A DNA stretch of 64,000 nt. Source: a virus (lineage: Duplodnaviria > Caudoviricetes). Position 1 is the stretch's first letter. Every line of letters begins with the position of its first letter. The notes under the pieces are model-generated. The model was not told the origin of the DNA, made no database searches, and saw only the letters and a program-made list of their open reading frames with translations. The stretch covers positions 1 to 64,000 of the IMG/VR virus record IMGVR_UViG_3300043391_000370; one strand, 5' to 3'. This document shows positions 1 through 11,300 of the stretch, one piece after another. The position numbers and the translations under genes are program-made.

Positions 1-444
1 CTCATATGCTTCGTCTGAACCAGGAACTAAACCACTCCAATCCTTATACTGCTCTGGAAGAACCTCACCAAGTTTCTCTTTCAACTCACGGATTTCTGCT
101 TCCAGTTTCTTGAGTTCTTCATCCTGATCCGCATCATACTCAATAAGTTTTTTGTGATAATCTTCTGCAAGAAAGAGATCATACTCATCAGCAACTTTCT
201 TCATCTGTGCTTCACTGTTGCTGTCATTGAATGCCACACGGCAAGCACCATCCATAATGCTGTACTCACAAAATCCAGCAGCACCTAGAAAGTTCTTGAA
301 GAGTTCATAATACTGATGAATATTCAAGTCTTCTGCTGGTGCTTCAACTGTAATGGTTTTGCAGTCTACACTTTCAGGAAACCACTTGCTTGGTGGGTCT
401 TGATTATCACTTGTGTAAGAAAACTTGACGGTTGCTTTGTACAT
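1..444 (-). CDS. Hypothetical phage protein, 3' end outside the window (MYKATVKFSYTSDNQDPPSKWFPES...)
   Basis: Hand-translated open frame from ATG at 444 to the window edge; lies just downstream of the promoter at 467-495. Confidence 0.75.
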   Translation of the reverse strand, partial: MYKATVKFSYTSDNQDPPSKWFPESVDCKTITVEAPAEDLNIHQYYELFKNFLGAAGFCEYSIMDGACRVAFNDSNSEAQMKKVADEYDLFLAEDYHKKLIEYDADQDEELKKLEAEIRELKEKLGEVLPEQYKDWSGLVPGSDEAYE

Positions 445-466
445 GGTATGTTTTGATTACCTTCAT

Positions 467-522
467 ACTATAAAACCTCCCGACTCAAAAGTCAAGAGGC
501 AGTGGACGGTTTTTAAAGTGTC
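467..522 (-). promoter_or_regulatory. Sigma70-like early promoter with conserved upstream element
   Basis: TTGACT(490-495)-17 nt-TATAGT(467-472), preceded by GACACTTTAAAAACCGTCCACTG (500-522). Confidence 0.75.
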
Positions 523-525
523 TGT

Positions 526-750
526 TTAGACTTCATAATCCTCTTGATAATACCCACTAACGACATTATCATCCCAAGCAGTCGGCAATTCGTTCTCTCG
601 TGCTTTCATATGATTTAATCCAGAAACTGGAAGACCCTCCAAGTCTTCTTCGTGTAAAATTCCATCCAACTGTTTAATTTCGTTGAATGTATGTGGAAAC
701 CGAAGTGCGTAACGGTGCATTCCGTCGAGATTGCGATTAGTACGAGACAT
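526..750 (-). CDS. Hypothetical protein
   Basis: ORF track 526..771; the second Met (750) is the more likely start; small early-region gene in a tightly packed run. Confidence 0.6.
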   Translation of the reverse strand: MSRTNRNLDGMHRYALRFPHTFNEIKQLDGILHEEDLEGLPVSGLNHMKARENELPTAWDDNVVSGYYQEDYEV

Positions 751-782
751 AATGTTTGTGAATAAACACAATACTAATTATA

Positions 783-1013
783 TCACTTATTGAACTCTTT
801 TTCAAGTTCCTTAGCCATCCTTAATGCATTTCTCCACATTAACCATTTCACAATTGGATTTGTGGGATTATGAAGCAACCACCACTTTTGTTTTTCGTAT
901 TGGAATCTTACGATCTTAGAGACTAAGGTGACGGCATATGCCACACTATCATCCGTTGCTACAAGGTAGAAGATGAAGATAAAGATTCCAAACCAAAAGT
1001 AGTATGCAGTCAT
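783..1013 (-). CDS. Hypothetical membrane protein
   Basis: Hydrophobic aromatic N-terminus (YYFWFGIFIFIFYLVA); tight gene packing. Confidence 0.65.
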   Translation of the reverse strand: MTAYYFWFGIFIFIFYLVATDDSVAYAVTLVSKIVRFQYEKQKWWLLHNPTNPIVKWLMWRNALRMAKELEKEFNK

Positions 1014-1046
1014 TTATCAAATTCGTATTGCACTATTTAATCAAGT

Positions 1047-1283
1047 TTACAGGAATGCCTCCAATGAGGATGTGTCAGATTTTACTTTTTTAATTTGTTT
1101 GTTGATGTAAGATTTTGCAGTTACAAGAGTTCCGGAAACGTGAACTTGTTCTCCGTTGTGAAGAATCATAAACTGCTTACCGAAAGGGACTGCTGCCCAC
1201 ATTCCGTCCTTGGTGACATAACCAGCAGGATCGGAAGGTGAATTATTCAGCAGTCCGTAGTTAGGAATGAATGGTAGATTCAT
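1047..1283 (-). CDS. Hypothetical cyanophage protein
   Basis: 78-aa ORF; its start overlaps the upstream stop codon (ATGA at 1280-1283). Confidence 0.7.
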   Translation of the reverse strand: MNLPFIPNYGLLNNSPSDPAGYVTKDGMWAAVPFGKQFMILHNGEQVHVSGTLVTAKSYINKQIKKVKSDTSSLEAFL

Positions 1284-1417
1284 GCAGCATTCACACTAAT
1301 CATCTTTGCAGATGGGTTACGTGCCAGAGCAGTACGCTTGGCATCCTGATAGTCACGTGCTTCAACGTGCTCATAGAACACTTTACCAGCAACGTAGAGT
1401 TCGACTTTGCATTTCAT
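1280..1417 (-). CDS. Small hypothetical protein, 45 aa (MKCKVELYVAGKVFYEHVEARDYQDAKRTALARNPSAKMISVNAA)
   Basis: Hand-translated, below the ORF-track cutoff; follows the promoter at 1446-1475 and is coupled to the next gene. Confidence 0.7.
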   Translation of the reverse strand: MKCKVELYVAGKVFYEHVEARDYQDAKRTALARNPSAKMISVNAA

Positions 1418-1445
1418 GGGAGGAAACCTTTTTGGTTATGAGTGT

Positions 1446-1490
1446 ATTATAAGGCATTTGGTGCCCCTGCGTCAAGGCAGTGGACAGTTT
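1446..1490 (-). promoter_or_regulatory. Sigma70-like early promoter with upstream element
   Basis: TTGACG(1470-1475)-18 nt-TATAAT(1446-1451); upstream AAACTGTCCACTG (1478-1490). Confidence 0.7.
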
Positions 1491-2724
1491 ACCGATTGAT
1501 CGTGCTGAAGGCAACCTCACCTTGGTTGAAGATGATGTCCACAACATTCTGGACCTTCTGTGCGGTCCCCGTGGATGCCTTGTCAAAGGTCGGGCAGATG
1601 ACCAGACCATAGGATTTGGTGTAGGAGGGCAGATCACCTGCCACAAGGGCACCAGAACGGATTCCAGCAGCATCCTGGGGGTGCAGACGCAGGGTACGAC
1701 CCACGGTCTGACCGATGCCTACGATGTCCATAGAGCGCATGAAGACGACTGCCTCCAGAGCAGAAATATTGATGCCTTCTGCCAGAATGCTATGGTGCAG
1801 AACCACAAACTTCTTGTCAGCATCCTTGCCCCAATCGTTGAGAGTGTCAAAGAACACCTCACGGTTGACCTTCTCACCATCAATAAATGCACCGTGCTTG
1901 GAAGTGATGTGCATCACAGAATAACCTTCCTCTGCCAGTTGTTCGGCAAAGTCAGTCTCAGACAGCAGACCGATGATATGCTTGGTTGCCTTCGCACAAA
2001 TCAGAATCTTATCTACAGGATTGCTCTGAATGGTTTGGAGCAGATACTCACAGTCACGTTGAGCAATATCCTCACCCTTGACAGAGAGACGCATTTGAGA
2101 TGCAATCACCTTAGGAGGAATGATATAACCGTTCTGCACCAATTGAGGGGCAGGAACCTTAGAGATGATGCTACCGTAGATCTCAGTGTCATTCATACCT
2201 GCCTTGCCAATAACATTGCTGTATTTTGGGGTAGCAGTAAAGAAGTAGCAACGATCTGCTTCCTGTGAGAAATACTCTACGGCAGGAAAGAAGTGACGTT
2301 GGATGCTGTTATGTGCCTCATCAAAGTAAATCGTATCTACCTTAATCTCTGCACGTTGCAGTTGCTGCAAAGAGTTATAGGTAGTGAAGATCAGTTTGTG
2401 ACCAGGAGTAGTATTTGCAAACCAAGCAATATCACTGGGTTTGGTAGAAGAATAGTGATGAGTCTCACCACTGTGAACGTGCATCACAGAAGCATTAGTG
2501 ATAAACTCAAGGTATTCGGAAGACAATTGCTCTGCCAACAGAATACGAGGAGCAACAACTACAATAGTCTTAGAAGTTGTAGACAGAAACTGATTGATTG
2601 CATCAAAGATACCTACGTTGGTCTTACCACCACCGGTAGGAAACACACAGATACCCTTAGAATGCTGCTGTAGAGCATCCAGAGCATCTTGCTGGTGGGG
2701 ACGAAGTTGAATCACGTTCTCCAT
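1489..2724 (-). CDS. SF2 DEAD/DEAH-like helicase (type III restriction Res-subunit-like)
   Basis: Q motif LRPHQ, Walker A PTGGGKT, DEAH, TAT motif, motif V LAEGINI, motif VI QTVGRTLR. Confidence 0.9.
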   Translation of the reverse strand: MENVIQLRPHQQDALDALQQHSKGICVFPTGGGKTNVGIFDAINQFLSTTSKTIVVVAPRILLAEQLSSEYLEFITNASVMHVHSGETHHYSSTKPSDIAWFANTTPGHKLIFTTYNSLQQLQRAEIKVDTIYFDEAHNSIQRHFFPAVEYFSQEADRCYFFTATPKYSNVIGKAGMNDTEIYGSIISKVPAPQLVQNGYIIPPKVIASQMRLSVKGEDIAQRDCEYLLQTIQSNPVDKILICAKATKHIIGLLSETDFAEQLAEEGYSVMHITSKHGAFIDGEKVNREVFFDTLNDWGKDADKKFVVLHHSILAEGINISALEAVVFMRSMDIVGIGQTVGRTLRLHPQDAAGIRSGALVAGDLPSYTKSYGLVICPTFDKASTGTAQKVQNVVDIIFNQGEVAFSTINR

Positions 2725-2737
2725 TGCGTATAGGACT

Positions 2738-2791
2738 ATTATAGCAGAAAACCGTCCCTGGTGCGACCCAGTGGACGGTTCTTAAAGTGTC
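2738..2791 (-). promoter_or_regulatory. Early promoter variant: upstream element plus -10 box, no canonical -35
   Basis: GACACTTTAAGAACCGTCCACTG (2769-2791; 22/23 identical to 500-522); TATAAT at 2738-2743; inverted repeat AACCGTCC/GGACGGTT (2750-2757, 2773-2780). Confidence 0.65.
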
Positions 2792-2822
2792 CTAGAGCCT
2801 CGTCTCCAACCCTAACAAAGGT

Positions 2823-2851
2823 ACTCTAGCAGTATTTGGAGATTATGTCAA
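2823..2851 (-). promoter_or_regulatory. Sigma70-like promoter at the boundary of the structural and early modules
   Basis: TTGACA(2846-2851)-17 nt-TAGAGT(2823-2828). Confidence 0.6.
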
Positions 2852-2855
2852 GACC

Positions 2856-4766
2856 TTATACACCAATAGTAACCCATGCAGTTCCTGTGTATGCTTGAAA
2901 CTCTTTCACAGTCGTATTAAAGATCATGGCACCACTAGAAATACCAACTATTGCATCTCTTTGTCCCGTTGACATTCTTGGAAGATAGAAAGGACTTGTT
3001 GTAGAAACAAGATCTAAAATACCTTGTGGATTTGTGGTTCCAATACCAACACGATTATTATTAGTGGTAATTGTTGTTCCAGCAGTTCCAATAACCAATT
3101 TAGTTGCTGTGATTATTCCAGATTGTATTACAACACCAGTACCAACTTTAAGAGTAGTTGTACTTGTAATTCCCGTGGCAGTAATGTTTCCTAAGGTACT
3201 TATTCCTACACCAGAACCATTCCCTGTGGTAATATCAAGATTATATGCTGGTATTGTGGTTCCTATACCAATATTATTTGTTACATATAGATTATTGGTA
3301 ATATAAACAGTGCTGGTTAATCCAATTTGAGGTTGACCACCAGGAGTTGGAAATTCAGATACAGTAATTTGATCATTAGTACCAGAAATTGATCGCACAT
3401 AATTGCCACTAGTGTATGTTCCCAACACAATTGAATTTGGGGAAATTGTTGCGGCAAAAGCAACATTTCCAGTTCCATTAAAAGATACGGCAGGTGCAGT
3501 GACAAAACTTCCAGTAATACTAAAGTCTCTTGGTGTAACTAATTGAGTGGCATAGTCAGAAATTCCAGTTACATTGCCAGTTAAACTACCTTTAAAACCA
3601 TTAGTAGCAGTAATAATACCAGAAGCATTAATATTTGTTGAACTTAGATTGGTAATGGTTCCAGTAGTTGTAGTTAATGTAGTAATTCCAGCAGTAGCAT
3701 AAGTAAGATTTGTTCCTGAAATGGTGGTAACGACACCTACAGGGGCATTTAAGGTAGCAATAGTACCTCTTCCACTATAAGTAAGAGTTGTTCCTGAAAT
3801 AGTGGTAACAACACCAGTGACAGCATTTAAACTATTAGAACTTAGATTACCAGTATATGAACCACTCTGTCCTGTAAAATATGTAATATTGCCATCAACT
3901 GTTTTTAATGTTTGAATCGTAGCAACACCAGTTGTTCTTAAATTGCTACTGTCTAAGTAACTAACGGTTGCAGCAGTTGAAGTTAAATTAGTATTGGTTA
4001 AATTGGTAATAGTACCAATAGTTGTGGTTAATGTGGTAATTCCAGCAGTACCATAAGTAGCAGTTGTTCCTGAAATAGTGGTAACAACACCAGTGACGGC
4101 ATTTAAGGTAGCAATAGTACCTCTTCCACTATAAGTAAGAGTTGTTCCTGAAATAGTGGTAACAACACCAGTAACAGCATTTAAAGTGGCAATCGTGCCT
4201 GTTCCAGAAACTCTTAATGATGTAGTTGTAGATGCTGTGGAAGTTAAATTGGTTGTAGTTATATTACTTATAGATGCGGTTCTTGCAGTAACAATACCAC
4301 TTATATAAACATTTCCGGTGGAATTAAATCCTACACCATTTGATGTGACTGGATTGCTGCCAACCTGGAAAGTATAACTTGGATTTGTGGTTGCCACCCC
4401 AACATTACCTGCAGCATAAATGCTCGTATATCCAGGGCCAGTACTAACATTTATCCATTGTGATGTTGGTACATCACGTAATTTGGATCCATCACCATAA
4501 TAGGTTACAATACCAGTAGTTGCGGTTATAATACCTGAAGATATGTTTACATTGCCAACATTTAAATTGGCGAATGTTGCAATTCCACTTACATATAAGT
4601 TAATTGTGGTGACTAATCCGGTGACCTTTGCCGTTCCATAAACATCCAAAAACTCTCTGGGAATTGATGTTCCAATTCCCACTAGACCATTAGCATTTAC
4701 AATAAAGTTGTCATTATCAACTTGGACTCCATTCCTAAAATTGAATGACTTATTATAACTTGCCAT
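2856..4766 (-). CDS. Virion structural / tail-fibre-like protein, Thr-rich
   Basis: VGIGT repeats, internal repeats GVVTTISGTTLTYSGRGTIATLNA, and a C-terminal G-x-MIFNTT motif typical of cyanophage fibre proteins. Confidence 0.75.
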   Translation of the reverse strand: MASYNKSFNFRNGVQVDNDNFIVNANGLVGIGTSIPREFLDVYGTAKVTGLVTTINLYVSGIATFANLNVGNVNISSGIITATTGIVTYYGDGSKLRDVPTSQWINVSTGPGYTSIYAAGNVGVATTNPSYTFQVGSNPVTSNGVGFNSTGNVYISGIVTARTASISNITTTNLTSTASTTTSLRVSGTGTIATLNAVTGVVTTISGTTLTYSGRGTIATLNAVTGVVTTISGTTATYGTAGITTLTTTIGTITNLTNTNLTSTAATVSYLDSSNLRTTGVATIQTLKTVDGNITYFTGQSGSYTGNLSSNSLNAVTGVVTTISGTTLTYSGRGTIATLNAPVGVVTTISGTNLTYATAGITTLTTTTGTITNLSSTNINASGIITATNGFKGSLTGNVTGISDYATQLVTPRDFSITGSFVTAPAVSFNGTGNVAFAATISPNSIVLGTYTSGNYVRSISGTNDQITVSEFPTPGGQPQIGLTSTVYITNNLYVTNNIGIGTTIPAYNLDITTGNGSGVGISTLGNITATGITSTTTLKVGTGVVIQSGIITATKLVIGTAGTTITTNNNRVGIGTTNPQGILDLVSTTSPFYLPRMSTGQRDAIVGISSGAMIFNTTVKEFQAYTGTAWVTIGV

Positions 4767-4822
4767 TTTATGAGTACTTTCTAGTTATTTATGAAACTCT
4801 CATAATAATGAGAATTAAAAAA

Positions 4823-5344
4823 TCAAACTCCTATTGCAAACCAACTGTAAGCACAATCTGCAGTTTCAAACCAATTGTGTAGTGTAAATTCAGTTAATGA
4901 ATGAGCACTAGTACCCCAGTGATCTCTTTTATCTCCACTTGGAACAACATTCTCAGATGGAGTTGCTTGAATAGAATATACTGCTGTTGGAAATGGTATT
5001 GCAAATGTTTGAGTTTGTGCTCCACCATTACCTCCAAGACGTCCATTACTTCTTCCCCACTGCATAATCAAACCACCTGGTAGTTTCTGATATCCAGTTG
5101 CTGATAATGATTGATTAGCAACACCAGTGAAATTAGTGGTATAAACACCATTAGTTACTGTATCAGCATTACCAGTAACATTACCAGTAACATTACCAGT
5201 AACATTACCAGTTACCGGGCCAGAAAATGATGTTGCTGCTGTTAAAGTTCCGGTAGCATTCCAAGTTGGAGATCCTGCTGAAAGTTTTGCTGGTGTTACT
5301 ACACCATCTCCTATAAATCTCGATTGTACTTGAGTCTGTGACAT
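4823..5344 (-). CDS. Small tail-fibre protein with C-terminal GYQKLPGGLIMQWG tip domain
   Basis: GNVT repeats; C-terminal domain starting GYQKLPGGLIMQWG, commonly seen at phage fibre tips. Confidence 0.75.
   Translation of the reverse strand: MSQTQVQSRFIGDGVVTPAKLSAGSPTWNATGTLTAATSFSGPVTGNVTGNVTGNVTGNADTVTNGVYTTNFTGVANQSLSATGYQKLPGGLIMQWGRSNGRLGGNGGAQTQTFAIPFPTAVYSIQATPSENVVPSGDKRDHWGTSAHSLTEFTLHNWFETADCAYSWFAIGV
5167..5212. repeat. 12-bp tandem repeat (CATTACCAGTAA x ~3.8) encoding GNVT
   Basis: Read directly from the sequence. Confidence 0.9.
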
Positions 5345-5361
5345 TTTAAGTTCTCCTTTTA

Positions 5362-8300
5362 TTAGTATTTAATACATGCCAGAAGTGCTATGTTTCTTGG
5401 ACGAGTTTCTGTGCCACCTCTAGATTGTGTGTCTACTGCTCCCCTATCAGATCCACCGTCCCACCCAGCAAATTCTTGATTATTCCCCGCACCAGTTCCG
5501 TCATTTGCAGTGGAATCTCTTGTATCAAGTGTATGAGTATGACTCTTAAAGTCATCTGCCTGAGTTTGACCAAAAGGTCTTGCAGCATCATAAGTTGTTC
5601 CATCATCTGCCCAACTACGAATAAATTGCCCTCTTAGGTCTGGAAGTTGTCCAGCAACACCATAAGTAGTTGAAAGAATTGCATAAAGAGCAGAGAAGTC
5701 AGCAGTAACTCCTTGAACTGTTCCTACTCCATTTGGCACAGTATTACCATTTGCTTTTAGATAACCAGTGGGAGCAGTTGATGCTGCAAAGTGAAATACT
5801 GCACCGACAGGAACAATTCCATTACCACTGAACGAAGTACCAGTAATAGTACCACCAGTAATAGAACCAATACCAGTGCTTAATGAAGTACCAGTAATAG
5901 TACCACCAGTAATAGAACCAGTATCAGTGTTTAATGAAGATCCGGTAATAGTACCGGAAATATTAATATTGTTTTTCCAAGCAACTCCAGTTGATGCAGT
6001 ACTATCTTCGGTCAATATATAACCATCATTGCCAGTAACATTAAGTTGTATAGCACTATTATCAGCAGTTGCCACAAGAATCTGTCCCTTGGTATTCCAA
6101 TCAATATTAGAAATCAGAGAACCTTGCCCACCAAGAGCAACGATAAAGTGACTTGTTCCACTTGCAGGTGCCGTTGTGAAACGAATAGTACTTGTATTAG
6201 TTCCAGGAGGAGATTGAACAATCTCAAAATCAGTTCCTGGTCTTTGAATTACACCACCCAGTGATACGATTAAGTTAGCACTACCTCCGGCAGGAATAAA
6301 AGCATTGCTATTAATTGTAAGTGTAAAGTCGGTAAGAACTCCATTAAATGCAAGTTGATCACAAATCAATGAATTACCAAGTGGGAATGTGCCACTTATA
6401 CTTGCGGTGTTTGCCGGAGTGTATCCAAGAGCATTGATAACTTCTGTACCAGTCAGTGCAGCATCAGTACCACCTGCCTTAAGGAAGTTAGTTGCAGTTG
6501 CACCAGACTTTACAAACTTTAATGCAGTAATACCAATTCCAGAGTTTACAGTTAATGAACCATCAATTGTGGTATTTCCGTTTGATGCCGTAACATTAAA
6601 CTTATTGGTATTAATATTTAAATTGCCAGTAAGATTCAGTGCTCCTGTAACACCAAGAGTAGAACTCAGGGTAGTGGCACCCGTAACATTAAGTGTTCCA
6701 CCAACATTTAGATTTTTAACAATAGCAGCACCACCACTTACAACCAGTGCCCCAGTTGCAGTAGTTGTTGATTGTGCGGGATTAGTAAGTTTTAGTTGTC
6801 CCGTAATATTGGTCGCATCTTTAATCTTAACTTCTTTATTGAAGGTAACTGGCCCATTGAATTGGGAAAGAACTTTATTAGAGTTTCCACCCTCAACAAC
6901 AAGTCGTTCTTTAATTGTAACTTCATCAAATACAACACTCAAACGATTTGGATCTTCTCCAGTAACTGTTGGTTTTGGAATATCGAATGATACAATCTGC
7001 CCACTAGATGATGAAGTCTTGGTATTTCCATTGAATACATCACCATTATTATTCATACCAGTATAAACAACAACACCACCAGATCTTTCTTGTGACTGAA
7101 CAAGAAACTCTTCTCTTTCAGTTAGATTCGTAACCTGAACCTGTGGTAAACCTGTTGAATAGTTGCCAGGCCCATATCCAAGATACTCAAATGTATGTCC
7201 AGATGCTCTGGCAATAGAAGGTCTTCTAAACTCAATAGCAATTGGTTTAATCTTTATAATTCTTGAACCATCCTCATGGTTGTTTTGTCTTGTTGCAAGA
7301 GAACCACGAATAACTGTGAGTTCATCATTAAAAGTGCCACCAAGAGTGCTACTTGCTACTCTCATAATCTCATCATTAATCTGAATATAAGATCCAATTG
7401 GAAATCTCTTTGTAGTCGCAGCAGCACCAACGGGACTTGAAACTCTAATTTGAGTTGCACTTGGAAATGAAACAACTGTTAAAGTTTCCCTATCAAAGAG
7501 TGAAACACTTCTTACTGCCAAGTTCTCATCAGAAGAATCTGAGATTGCATCGTTTGCCGAAAGTCCGTGCTTGAGAATATAACCACCAGTTGCAGATATT
7601 GTTTTATTCGTAACTGCAGTGAATGTATTGATTCCAACTCTTGCACTTACAATGTAGTCTCCAAGATTATTATTATTAGAATCAATCACTCTGAATCTAT
7701 TTCCCGCAACTAATCCGTGAGGAGCAGAACAGTTGAATGTAGTAGTACCAGAAGTATAAGGTGATGAAGAAATCTGAATCGAAGTTCCGACTACTAATGC
7801 ATATTGAGACGTTGTAATAACTGGATCTCCTGCAGTTTTGGCAATCGCAATCTGATTCTTGGCAGAAACGGATGTAATTCGATAGTAACCATCAGAAGTT
7901 GTACCTGCACCAGTAAATTGAACAACATTACCAATTGCCGTTGTGATTCCAGAAGTGGAAACATTAAATCTAGCACTTCCATTACCACCTACTACAGAAG
8001 AATCAAAGTATAGTACATTGCCATCAGAATAAGCAGATCCAGAAGAAACAATATCTGCCGATTCTACTCCACCAGCAATAAGAACTGTTGCGGTTGCACC
8101 TCTCCAATCGGTAAGTGCCGCATTATTAAAGAGTCTGACATTCTGATATAATCCATTAGTATAAGTAGCACCAGGAGTTAAACTACTATAGGTAACAATA
8201 CCGGCAAATCCGTGATCTCTTGAAAAACTGATTGTTGCACTTGAAGTAGAACTAGAAACTGCAGATATACCAAGACCTACACCAAAAGATGTAAGCAAAG

Positions 8301-11300
8301 TATCAGTTGATTCTTTTGTAATACTCTTCTTAAGATCATTTGTTACAACTTCACCAATGAAAGATCTCTTCGCAAATGACTTAGCAGATGTTGGATTATC
8401 ATTAATATTATCTCTATCTAACTGAGGATATAAGTCAACAATATTTTGACTATACTTAAGATTTGTAAACTCCGTTGGAACTGCCTTATCTGCTGTTAAA
8501 GCATAGATGTGATAGATACCATCTTGAACATCCTCAATATATTCAGAAATTACCTCATTTCTATAAACATAAAGATTGGATTTAAGATCATTTCTCTCAA
8601 ATCTTGGAAGTGAAGTTGTTCTGACAGTTATGTCATTTGTGAATGATCCTGGAGTTACATTTGTTGTATATGTGAATGATGTAGCATTAACAATAGATGC
8701 AACGGTAAAGGTTCCATTGTAGGATGTGCCAGAAGATGAAGTGTCAGTTACGTTCTTGACGATAATGCCATCACCAACCTGAAGATTGTGTGGGAGTTCA
8801 GAAATAACAGTTACATTTGGTGAATTGTAACTGCAAGTTGAAATAAATCTTGGATTTCTCTTATACTCATAATCATCGGATGTAAGAGTAGACTTTGTAA
8901 AGTCTATATCAATTGCACCAGTACTGGATTCTTGAATGATAAATCCATTCTCGGGATTTTTTGCATTCGCAGATTCTTTTGGAATTACAACTCTAATCTT
9001 ATAAATTTTCTCATCTAAACTTCTGGTATCTGCAATTCTCTTGACATAAGAAGGTTCGGTTCTATCAGTGCCAATACCAGCAACACCTAATGTACTCAGT
9101 GCAGTGTAGATTGAACTATTTGCATTTGTCTTAATGTACCATTGACTTCCATCATATTGAACTGGATGTCCAATATCTCCGGCAACTTTGTCGGATACTC
9201 TACTTAGGATTTTAAGATTGGTTCCACCAGAAACACTAATTCCAATACCAGTTGTTGCATTCGATGCAGAAGATGCAAGTTTAATTTTATCATTATCCCC
9301 ATTGTCAATTGTATAATAAACAGTATTTTCTACAATATTTTCTGGCAGATCACCATCGTCACTTAGAATAATAACCTTTTCACCAGTATCAAGTGTATTT
9401 GCCCCAATTGTAAAACTATTCGATGATGGTGCAGATGCAGTGTATTGCTTAACACTACTCGTAACTCCATCTGACATCAGAATGTTTGCCGAGTATTCAA
9501 CACCACTTTCAGTTTTGAAGTATAATTTATCATTTACTTGTGCCCCAATACGATATCCTTGTGTAAGAATTGGTGGTACATCATCTAAAGAATTGTATCC
9601 ATAAAGATACAATCGTGAATTATTTGCAACAAAAGTTGTGACTCCGACATCTAATGAAGTCCAATCAATATTATCTTCTTCTTCTACGATTGCTCTTGGG
9701 GTAATGATAGAGGTAATGAATGCTTTATTGTCTTTCTCAAATGCTTCTTTCTTAAATCCACTGGCACTGAGTGAAATCTGACCAAAGTTTGAGTTAGAGT
9801 TTGTAATACTAAAGTCTGCACCAGTTTGAGAATCAAAGTGCTTATTGAAACCAATTGCAAAGACGGATACAATTTGAATAAAGGAATCATTACTTCCCTT
9901 AATATGACTTGATTCCCATCCGTTTCTATAAATTGCCGTTGGTTCTAGGTGATAGGCAGTACCAAGACTTGTAGAGGATGATTGTGAAGAAAGAGTTGCT
10001 CCTGCAACTTTAGTAGTAGAAAGTCCCTCATATACTCTAGATGTTTTGTTGTATTTTACAAATGCACGGTCATCTTTCTGCAGTGAAACACCAGTGAATT
10101 GTGCAACAACCATCGAACGGAAACCTGATGCCTTGCTGCCATCAGCGTGCATTCCGTTCATACCATAAACGGAACGCAGAGAGATATTAAAGATATAAGG
10201 TGATGCACCAGATACTGTATCAGTCTCAATCGTTACGGTTGCATTAGATGCACTTCCTGGTGTTGGTAGATTGGGTCTAAAAGTTGGTAGTAAGTATGTA
10301 AATATTGTTGGATCATTATCACTAATACTTTGAACTACTGTTGAGATATTATAATCTTCTGGTGAAACTCCCTTAATCTTAATTGGAGTTCCTGCCGAAA
10401 GTTCATGGGGTACTGCAGTCTTAACAGTAACTTGATTACTTGCGGTTCCACCAGATCCGGATTCAATATTATCAATTTCAATAGGGTCTGCGGCAAATGC
10501 ACCAACAATTTCCCATTCAGGTCTTTGCTTCTCAAAACCAAGAGAATTGGTAGGATACTTCTGGTCAATTTCTCTACCAGATGCCTCATTAAATGCATTT
10601 GAGAGTTTTGCATAATACATATCCAGGTCAGTAAGACCATATGAACCAACTTCATTCACACCATCTGCATACTCAAAGCAGGTGAGTTTGTGGTGAGAGA
10701 ATGTTGGTATTGATTGATTATTAACTGAAAAATCTACTGGGTCAGTATAAACTGTTCCTTGTGTACTACCATCAAATAAGCAGAACTGCCAGAAATAGGA
10801 GGCACCAGTAATTCTAAAGATTGCAGAGTTAGTAACATTAGAATCTGTTGGGTTAGGTACATACTTTGGACGCAGTTTAGTCTTTCTTAAGTCGAGACCA
10901 ACAACCGAAGTACCTCTGGGTACAACAACACCACCATTAACACTATTGAACTTATAGAGAATGTTATCTGATTGTGTTAAGTCAAAATTAGAGTCAAGTT
11001 TCAGTGATAATGTAGATGAAGCTGATGATTCTGATCCACCAGGTGCTACTGCTCTTGCTTCTGAACCATTATCATAAACTGCAAAACCAGGTCTATTATC
11101 AATTGTATGCTGACCAGGCATCAAGAGAATGGTTGTCTTTTCTACATCATCATTACTATTTCCTAACTGATATGAGAATCTTGCTGCTTCTAAGAGTGCC
11201 CTTTGTAATGTCTTAAAGGGTTGTGCAAGTGAGTTACCTTGATTAGTAATGCTATCTGTTGAATCAAGGTCACTTGGACTAACGTATAATATTCTGCCTT

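Noticed and set aside
1480-2673. Long plus-strand ORFs (262 aa and 126 aa)
   Set aside because: Antisense shadows of the helicase; they have no motifs and oppose the promoter orientation.
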